Part shown: piece by piece, positions 57,172 through 64,000 of the stretch
How positions within the stretch are numbered: position 1 is the stretch's first letter
Layout: every line of letters starts with the position of its first letter
Origin: Terriglobia bacterium
Lineage (GTDB): Bacteria > Acidobacteriota > Terriglobia > JAJPHL01 > JAPKYU01
Assembly (NCBI GenBank): GCA_965223005.1
Contig: CBDCVK010000008.1
Span: 64,001-128,000 of the forward strand
Direction: 5' to 3'
DNA length: 64,000 bases
The notes under the pieces: generated by a model
Seen by the model: the letters and a program-made list of their open reading frames with translations, nothing else
Told to the model about the DNA's origin: nothing
Database searches by the model: none
Program-made: the position numbers and the translations under genes

Positions 57172-58485
57172 ATGTGTCCTCACCGAATGCTTGCCGCTTT
57201 CAAAGCTTCACTAGCCTGCTGGATTGCGCTCTGCCTGTGCCCGGCATCTTTGCTTGGACAGGGCTCGCTGGGGCAGGGCAAATCTCCTGCGAAGCCGAAC
57301 TTCGCGGCAACGTTCGAGCAACAAAAAATCGATTATCTGCGGACTCTTCTACCCTCCATCGAAAAGATCCAGAACTTCATCGACAAAGGAGAGGCGCCGG
57401 CCTCCGGTTACCATCCAAATGCGGGTTGGACCTACGATGCAGAGCTGGGTTGGGTGTTGCGGGATACCATTCGACAGGATGAGGGTGTTGATGGATCGCG
57501 GACTTTTTATCGTTATGAAAAAAGTGGCGCCCGGAGGAGAGTGCATTTCGCCGATACCACGGCCCGGATCCACACCTACGGTGACAGCTTCACGCACTGC
57601 GATCAGGTTAGCGACGGTGAAACTTGGCAGGAATATTTAGCGGCTCACCTGAGGGAGCCTATTGAAAACTTCGGCGTTGGAGGCTACAGCGTCTATCAAG
57701 CGTACAAACGGATGAAAGTTGTCGAAAAGACGCATCCGGCCGAATACATTGTCCTCAATATTTACGACGATGACCACTATCGCAACCTCGACCCTTGGCG
57801 CAGCATCGGCCGACACGATGTCCGTGAAGGCACGCTCCCGCACGTTCGAGCCAACGTGAGCAAGGACCACATTGTCGAGGTCCCGAATCTTTGCCCCACG
57901 CCACAGCACGTGTACAAACTCCGGAACTTGAACTGGGTCTTGGAAACTTTCGGGGACGATCCGGTCTTGCACCGAGCTGTCCTGGCTGCGAAAGCAGGGC
58001 CCATCCCCGCCCAGGCGGTCTCGGATCTGGCGGCACATTTTGGAGTGCCCTACTCGCCCGCGGGCCGAGCCACGGTGGGCGCAGAGGACCTGGAGAAGAT
58101 TCACACTCAGGCGGCTCTTTTCTCCACCATCAAGGTTCTCCAGATGGTGGAGAGATACGTCGGAGAGACTTGCAAGAAACTTTTCGTCATTCTTTCCTAT
58201 AGTCCTGCGAATATGAAGCGTCACCTACAGGGCGAGGATCGCTTTGACCAGGTTTTAGTCGATTACTTGAAGACTCAGGAGTACCCGTTCGTGGATTTGA
58301 GGGAAAGGCATCACGCCGAATTCAAGAGTTTCGACTTGGACGTCGATACCTACATCAAGCGCTACTACATCGGGCACTACAACCCGTCGGGCAACTTTTT
58401 CAGCGCCTGGGCCATCAAGGACAAGGTCGTTGAGTGGTTGGACCCGAAACCGAAACCATATCGAAGCCAAGCGGAGATTGACTAA
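57172..58485 (+). CDS. Secreted SGNH/GDSL-hydrolase-like protein
   Basis: YGDSFTH, NFGVGGYS, GHYNPSGN. Confidence 0.78.
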   Translation: MCPHRMLAAFKASLACWIALCLCPASLLGQGSLGQGKSPAKPNFAATFEQQKIDYLRTLLPSIEKIQNFIDKGEAPASGYHPNAGWTYDAELGWVLRDTIRQDEGVDGSRTFYRYEKSGARRRVHFADTTARIHTYGDSFTHCDQVSDGETWQEYLAAHLREPIENFGVGGYSVYQAYKRMKVVEKTHPAEYIVLNIYDDDHYRNLDPWRSIGRHDVREGTLPHVRANVSKDHIVEVPNLCPTPQHVYKLRNLNWVLETFGDDPVLHRAVLAAKAGPIPAQAVSDLAAHFGVPYSPAGRATVGAEDLEKIHTQAALFSTIKVLQMVERYVGETCKKLFVILSYSPANMKRHLQGEDRFDQVLVDYLKTQEYPFVDLRERHHAEFKSFDLDVDTYIKRYYIGHYNPSGNFFSAWAIKDKVVEWLDPKPKPYRSQAEID

Positions 58486-58537
58486 GTAATCGATACAGCT
58501 CCGGCCCCGGCCAGCCTCAGACACCTCTCAGTGCGAG

Positions 58538-60469
58538 CTAATCCCTGCCCGCAGTCCCTTTTGGGCCGGGGCCTTTTCTGGCCGACGGCAGGCGAGGCGG
58601 AGGGACACGGGCTTTTTCTCGGCCGTGAGATCTGCGTTTCACGATCCCCTTGCCTTCCTGAATCACAACCAGGTGGTTGGCGGGAAGATCCCGAAAGGTT
58701 TCGACCTTGCCCTGTGGCCAGCGGATGGTGAGATTGGCTTTGGTTTCGGTCCCAAGTCCGAAGTGGACGCGGAAATCGCCCTGCGAAATGTGGTAGCCGC
58801 CGCTGCGCACCTCTTCGACCTGTTTCTTTCCTTTTGAGGTCAGCGTCAGGCGCGCTCCGACCGCGTCGCGGCCGGAACGATGGAGGGCGCGAACCTGCAA
58901 AGCGGTGCCTTTCTCTCCGAAATTCTTCAGCAGCGACGGGGGTTCGTGCATGTTGACGACGACGATCTCCAGATCCCCGTCGTTATCCAGGTCGCCTAGC
59001 GCGACGCCCCGGGAGGAGTGCTTCGCCTGGATTCCCTCGCCAGCCTGTGGGGAGATGTCATAGAACTGTTTGTCGCGCCGGTTCCAGAAGAGCAAGCGCT
59101 GCTGGTGGAACTTCTCGTTGATCGGCAACTGGTCCACCCCCGGGTAGACGTGCCCGTTCGCTAAGAAAATGTCTTTCCAGCCGTCCTGGTCGAAGTCCAG
59201 GAAAGCTGCCCCCCAGCCGAGAAATTTCGTGTGGATTGCCAACCCGGCTGGCACCGTCACGTCGGAGAAGGTGCCGTCCCCGAGGTTGCGGTACAGGTTC
59301 GGGACGTCGTCGGAGAAGTTGGTCTTCAGGATGTCAAGGTGACCGTCGCGGTCATAATCGCCGGCTGCCGCGCCCATGCCTGCCTGCATCTGGCCGTCCT
59401 CATTGTAGGCCGCGCCCGAATACACGCCGATCTCTTCGAAGGTGCCGTCGCGGCGGTTGCGATAGAGCATGCTGGCAGTGGAGTCGCAGGCTACGTACAT
59501 GTCGGGCCAGCCGTCGTCGTCAAAGTCCCCGCTCAGCGCTGTGAATCCGTAGAAGTCTTTTGGTCCCGCGACGTTGGATTTCTCTGAGACATCAGTGAAA
59601 GAGCCGCGGCCGTCATTCTGGTAGAGCGACATGGTCTCTGGGGGCAGCCCGCGCGGCCCGCAGATCACCGGGAAACCTTTCCACCTGCAGTTGGGGTTCT
59701 TGCCCGGACGTGGCGTTGAGGCGGGGTCAAACTCCACGTAGTTGGCAACGAACAGATCCAGGTCGCCGTCGCGGTCGTAATCGAAGAACGAACAGCCGGT
59801 GCTCCAGCGCTGCGCCGGCGCGGACAGCCCCCGGGCCTTGGTTTCATCCTGGAAGGTTCCGGTGCCCTGGTTGCGGAACAATACGTTCTTGCCCCAGTGC
59901 GTGATCAGCAGGTCCGTGTGGCCGTCGTTGTCTACGTCGCCGGCGCAAACACCTTGCGCCCAGCCCGTGTGGACCAAGCCGGCTTTCTTGGTGACATCCT
60001 CGAATCTCAAGTTTCCGAGGTTGCGGTAGAGGTAGTGGCGCGGTTCCGGCCCGGAGCTGTCAAAGCGATCCCCGTTCACCAGCAGGATGTCCAGCAGGTC
60101 ATCGTTGTCGTAGTCGATCAGCGCGAGGCCCGTGCCGGTGGTTTCCACAATCCAGGTTTTGTTCTGCTTGTCGCCGGAAATGTTCCTTCCGGTAAGGCCA
60201 GCTTCCCGGGCCACGTCCTTATAGTTCACCTGCGGCGGTTTCATTCCTGGTGGGAGCGGCCTGGCCGGCTGGGCCTTCTGTGAACTGACGGCGACGCCTT
60301 GCGGCAGAGCCTGACGCGGAAGGCCGCCCGCCAGTAGAGCGACGGCTAACCCAAGGAGCAAGTGCAATGAACCCGTCGCCCAGCCGCCAGGTTTGCGACT
60401 TGCTGATCGTGAGAAGAATCGGAGAAGTCGAACCTGAGGAGGCACGAATGGCTTATTCCTTTTTCCCAT
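58538..60469 (-). CDS. CRTAC1 family protein (FG-GAP repeats + ASPIC/UnbV)
   Basis: Multiple DxDxDGxxD repeats; AGMG; SRGVALGDLDNDG; HFGLG..IRWPQG. Confidence 0.92.
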   Translation of the reverse strand: MGKRNKPFVPPQVRLLRFFSRSASRKPGGWATGSLHLLLGLAVALLAGGLPRQALPQGVAVSSQKAQPARPLPPGMKPPQVNYKDVAREAGLTGRNISGDKQNKTWIVETTGTGLALIDYDNDDLLDILLVNGDRFDSSGPEPRHYLYRNLGNLRFEDVTKKAGLVHTGWAQGVCAGDVDNDGHTDLLITHWGKNVLFRNQGTGTFQDETKARGLSAPAQRWSTGCSFFDYDRDGDLDLFVANYVEFDPASTPRPGKNPNCRWKGFPVICGPRGLPPETMSLYQNDGRGSFTDVSEKSNVAGPKDFYGFTALSGDFDDDGWPDMYVACDSTASMLYRNRRDGTFEEIGVYSGAAYNEDGQMQAGMGAAAGDYDRDGHLDILKTNFSDDVPNLYRNLGDGTFSDVTVPAGLAIHTKFLGWGAAFLDFDQDGWKDIFLANGHVYPGVDQLPINEKFHQQRLLFWNRRDKQFYDISPQAGEGIQAKHSSRGVALGDLDNDGDLEIVVVNMHEPPSLLKNFGEKGTALQVRALHRSGRDAVGARLTLTSKGKKQVEEVRSGGYHISQGDFRVHFGLGTETKANLTIRWPQGKVETFRDLPANHLVVIQEGKGIVKRRSHGREKARVPPPRLPSARKGPGPKGTAGRD

Positions 60470-60640
60470 TCTCCCTTTTACTCATTCTAGGATATAGGAG
60501 TTTTGGCCGACATTCGAGACCACGGTGCCAATACCACCTTCGTTGTCCAGGTCGTCAGAGGCCGCCGCGATTCGGCCCAGAGAACCCTGCGAAGGACGAC
60601 CCTACTGTTGTGCGCGCGAAACGGCAGCCGTGGGAACAAT

Positions 60641-62230
60641 CTACTCGGGCAGGCGATCTTTCTTGGCCGCGTGTTCCTTAGCTCGCTGCAGGGCCCTGCG
60701 CGCCGTAAGGCTGTTCGGCATGACTTTGAGAAATCGGGAAATAGTCTCGTGAACTTTGTCTAACTGGCGGGCTTCCGCATAAATTCTACTCAATTCGATG
60801 TAGGCGCGGGAATAGGAAGGATCAAGCTTGATGGCCCGATCCAGAGCGGCAATTGCCTTGCCCCGATCACCCACCTTCTCCCAGCCTATGGCGACGCTCC
60901 GATGGGCGGAAGCGGACCCTGGTTGCAAGCGAAGCGCCTCCTGGAAGAACCGCAGCGAGGGGGAATGCGAGCCAGCGAACCAATTGGCCCAGCCAAGAGC
61001 TTCCAATACCGCTGGGTCCCCAGGCGACGACTTCTGGTAGAGGGAGAGCAGGCGGTGGCCTTCCTTGAAGTGATAGGCGGATACGTCATCTCGTCCAACT
61101 GAGATGTTCGCGAGGCCCAGGTTCCGAATTGCTAACTGGCCGGGCGGCTCATGCCAGGCGACGAGCTTCTGGCCTTGCCCTCCTGCACCGGGTTTTCCTG
61201 GCAGTCGCGAGATTCGGTGGTCGGTAAAGACCGTGTGGCCCCCATCGCTGACTTCCCGCTTCGACATATGGCAGCCTATGCAATTGCGCGAAGCAGCGGC
61301 GTGCGATTTGGCCAGTGTTGCGCCATGACAGGCGAGGCACCTGGCGCGGTAGTACTGTTGGGGACTTACAGGGTTTTCGTGCGGGTTGTGGCAGGAACCG
61401 CACCACATCTTCCCCGCGCTCTTTCGGAAGCATTCACTGAGTGAGAGGTGTTCGACGTGGCTGACCACTTTAAGCTCGTCATCCTCGGAGGTGGCACGCG
61501 TGCGCTCGAAGACGTATACGGAGAATACGTCTTCGAGCCGTTGGCCGGGTTGGAAGTCGGCGATCGAAAGACCTGGATTGGGGATTCGAACCTCGCCCGC
61601 GATATGGCATTGCTCGCAGACGCTGTCGCGCGCTCGCTGTGGAAGCTTTCGAGGATTAACAATGTTAGTTGATGAAGGCTGTTGGAGATGAGCCTCAGTA
61701 GGGCCGTGACATCGCTCACACGAGATCGCCTCGGCGGCAAACTCCGGCTGCTCGTAGCGATTCAGCGTGCCGCGGACCGGCATCGGCCGCCCGGAGTGAC
61801 ACAGCAAGCACTTCAGCGTCACCGGACGGTCAAAATCCGGATACCGGTGTTTTTCGAAGCCCGGCGCCATATCCCACTTCTTCTGCCGCGTGTAATAAGC
61901 GAGCGGTGACTGGAAAAGAGCGTCGCCAACACGTACCAAGTAAGTAAAACCGTGATTTCCCGAGCCGACAACGTAGTCGATTTCATGCTCGGCCCGTACG
62001 CCCTTCAGCTCGATTCGCTGCCGCATCCCCGATGGACTGGAGACTATCGTGAACTTGGTGCCAGAGGCCGAGTGCGTGAAACTGCCGGCAGGCTGCTCAT
62101 TGGGTCGGGACAGGGATCGGCCCATCCCAGTTCGTGCATATTCATTGACCTCTTTCGGATGGCAGATGGCACACCCATTTGTGGGCGCAGCGGATGCCGA
62201 AAGCAGAAAACTGAGGAACAGGCTCGTCAC
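60641..62230 (-). CDS. Multiheme c-type cytochrome with C-terminal TPR repeats
   Basis: Seven CxxCH motifs (CAICH, CLLCH, CERCH, CEQCH, CGSCH, CLACH, CIGCH); FTDHRI; TPR tail. Confidence 0.88.
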   Translation of the reverse strand: MTSLFLSFLLSASAAPTNGCAICHPKEVNEYARTGMGRSLSRPNEQPAGSFTHSASGTKFTIVSSPSGMRQRIELKGVRAEHEIDYVVGSGNHGFTYLVRVGDALFQSPLAYYTRQKKWDMAPGFEKHRYPDFDRPVTLKCLLCHSGRPMPVRGTLNRYEQPEFAAEAISCERCHGPTEAHLQQPSSTNIVNPRKLPQRARDSVCEQCHIAGEVRIPNPGLSIADFQPGQRLEDVFSVYVFERTRATSEDDELKVVSHVEHLSLSECFRKSAGKMWCGSCHNPHENPVSPQQYYRARCLACHGATLAKSHAAASRNCIGCHMSKREVSDGGHTVFTDHRISRLPGKPGAGGQGQKLVAWHEPPGQLAIRNLGLANISVGRDDVSAYHFKEGHRLLSLYQKSSPGDPAVLEALGWANWFAGSHSPSLRFFQEALRLQPGSASAHRSVAIGWEKVGDRGKAIAALDRAIKLDPSYSRAYIELSRIYAEARQLDKVHETISRFLKVMPNSLTARRALQRAKEHAAKKDRLPE

Positions 62231-62351
62231 AGAACCATCACTTTGGTGCCTTCACCGATTATACCCCTACCTATTGAAGGCGCATTCGCCTATCGAGCTC
62301 TCGACGAGCGGGCGCTTGGCGACCGGGTTTTCGACGGATCGGTGCCGACTC

Positions 62352-63272
62352 CTAAGCTTCCAAGGCTTTCAGACGGGAATCCTTAAACCACAGCTTTCGT
62401 GCAGTTTCGCCGAGCACCGCTGCCCGCGCCTCACTCTTTAACTCGAGTTCGTGGGTAAAAATCTTGAGGTGGTCGCGGTACCCCAGTTTCGGCGTCCACA
62501 GCGCGGATGGATACGAGCTGCCCCAAGCGCAACGTTCGGGGCCGAAGGCATCAATGATTTTGTAGCAAAGAGGATGTGTATCCCTGCAGGGATAGGGCTC
62601 CTTGCTGCCAGAGGCCACCCAGCTCATCTTTGTGTGGAGATTCTTGTGTTCGGCAAGTCGCTGCAATGCCTCTAGAGCCTCGCCAGTACCGGGATGCCCG
62701 GCCCCCATGCACAGAGAATGATCGAGGGCGACGAGGAGCCCCGGAAAGTCCTTCAACATGCGGTGCAGAGCGGGCAGATAATCCTTCCCCGAATCCCAGC
62801 CGCCCTCCGGAGTCGGCCCAATGCAAACCAGAACATTCACGACGATCCCGAGATCGGCGGCAGTCTTCCACAGGGCTCTCACTCCATCGCTGTCTAAACC
62901 GTCCTTGCCAGGGAAGCTTCGCAGTCCGCGGAGCCCGTAAACTTCGGTGTCGTGGGTCAAGATGCTAAGACTGTGGGGATCATCCGGGTCGAGCGTGCAC
63001 ACCCCCGCGACCCAATCCGGATTGCTGCGCGCGCTGTCGCAGATATAACGGTTGTCCCAACGGTAGAACGTGGCCGTCTGGATGGCGCAGACGGCGGCCA
63101 CTCCGTTGGCCCGGCTCTCCTGGCGCAAGTCCTCCAGAGACGCCTTTCCGGGCGGCCGGAGCGGCTTGGACATCGGTTCTCCCTTCCAACCGTGCTCCAA
63201 TCGCTCTTTGGCTGGCGGATAGCGCTTCTCATCAGGAGAGTAAATGTGCGTGTGTGTGTCGATGATCAGCAT
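62352..63272 (-). CDS. Amidohydrolase family protein (amidohydro_2)
   Basis: IIDTHTH, WDNRY, LDH, AFGPERCAWGSSYP. Confidence 0.88.
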   Translation of the reverse strand: MLIIDTHTHIYSPDEKRYPPAKERLEHGWKGEPMSKPLRPPGKASLEDLRQESRANGVAAVCAIQTATFYRWDNRYICDSARSNPDWVAGVCTLDPDDPHSLSILTHDTEVYGLRGLRSFPGKDGLDSDGVRALWKTAADLGIVVNVLVCIGPTPEGGWDSGKDYLPALHRMLKDFPGLLVALDHSLCMGAGHPGTGEALEALQRLAEHKNLHTKMSWVASGSKEPYPCRDTHPLCYKIIDAFGPERCAWGSSYPSALWTPKLGYRDHLKIFTHELELKSEARAAVLGETARKLWFKDSRLKALEA

Positions 63273-63566
63273 AATATTTCCCAAACCGTAGGGTATGGCT
63301 GGCCAGGTCAGCCCAGCGCAGGAAACCCATTTCCGCTACCAGAGGAGTTACAAGAAATCATAATACATTCGACGCAGATCGGCCGGCCAGTCGCTTCGGC
63401 TCCCTTTCCGGCTAGTTCGTAATTACCACCATAAATATTCAGTCGGCTACCTTACATTCTATGTCTTTAGTTCATGATAAGCATTTTTCATGTCATCTCA
63501 CCCCCTTTTCGACACGAATCGTAGTACAAGCCCCAAAGCGGCTAACCACTAATCTGAAAGCAGGCC

Positions 63567-64000
63567 ATGGCTTCAGTTCCCCGCCTGAGAGCAAGCTTGC
63601 TACTTCTGGTAGTGTCAACAGTGATGCCGGCCCAAACCGATCGGGGAGGCATCCGTGGAACAATTTTGGATCCCACTGGGGCGGTCATTCCCGGGGCCAA
63701 TGTCGGAGCCATAAGCGTAGCCACCGGCGTTAGCTTCAGCACCGAATCCACAGCCGTCGGCAATTACAACATTACGAGTCTTCGCGCCGGTACGTACCGG
63801 GTGAAAGTGGAGCATCCTGGTTTCCAAAAATTGGTTCGTGAGAACGTCAAGGTCAATGTGAACGGAATTAGGGCGCTTGATCTCACGTTGGAAGTGGGAG
63901 CGACAACTGAAGTCATAACTGTCGAGGCCGTCGCTCCGCAGTTGAAAACCGAGACATCCGAACTGGCCACAAACATTAACCCGCAAACCTTCCTCGCTTT
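63567..64000 (+). CDS. TonB-dependent receptor-like protein, N-terminal carboxypeptidase-regulatory-like domain (partial)
   Basis: Manual translation: MASVPRLRASLLLLVVSTVMPAQTDRGGIRGTILDPTGAVIPGANV...GNYNITSLRAGTYRVKVEHPGFQK...LEVGATTEVITVEA; open to the window end. Confidence 0.85.
   Translation, partial: MASVPRLRASLLLLVVSTVMPAQTDRGGIRGTILDPTGAVIPGANVGAISVATGVSFSTESTAVGNYNITSLRAGTYRVKVEHPGFQKLVRENVKVNVNGIRALDLTLEVGATTEVITVEAVAPQLKTETSELATNINPQTFLA

Overview
GC-rich bacterial chromosomal window. The gene repertoire (TPR-GAF-GGDEF next to lepA, DUF1549/DUF1553 plus DUF1501, CRTAC1 plus multiheme-TPR, PD40 propellers, TonB-dependent receptor) suggests Acidobacteriota; this is inference. Housekeeping genes are argF (partial), gdh, lepA, hbd, crt, ribH-nusB, hisS-aspS, folE, rlpA, tRNA-Leu(CAA) and tRNA-Met(CAT). 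They are interspersed with accessory genes, which dominate after ~44.5 kb. Most notable: (1) an unannotated 32-codon, 6-Cys leader ORF, probably leaderless, followed by alternative hairpins and an intrinsic terminator directly upstream of a sulfite/nitrite reductase, i.e. a candidate cysteine-sensing transcription attenuator; (2) an hcmB-hcl-hcmA cluster for B12-dependent 2-hydroxyisobutyrate metabolism, next to an integrase remnant and two tRNAs; (3) a tandem duplication of 660-aa Nramp-fold transporters; (4) many 10-23 bp tandem duplications at starts, stops and promoters, one creating a MEVHKA* mini-ORF before hbd; (5) two adjacent genes at 54.4-55.5 kb broken by local duplications (possibly assembly artefacts). 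All family assignments are from motif recognition; no searches were run.
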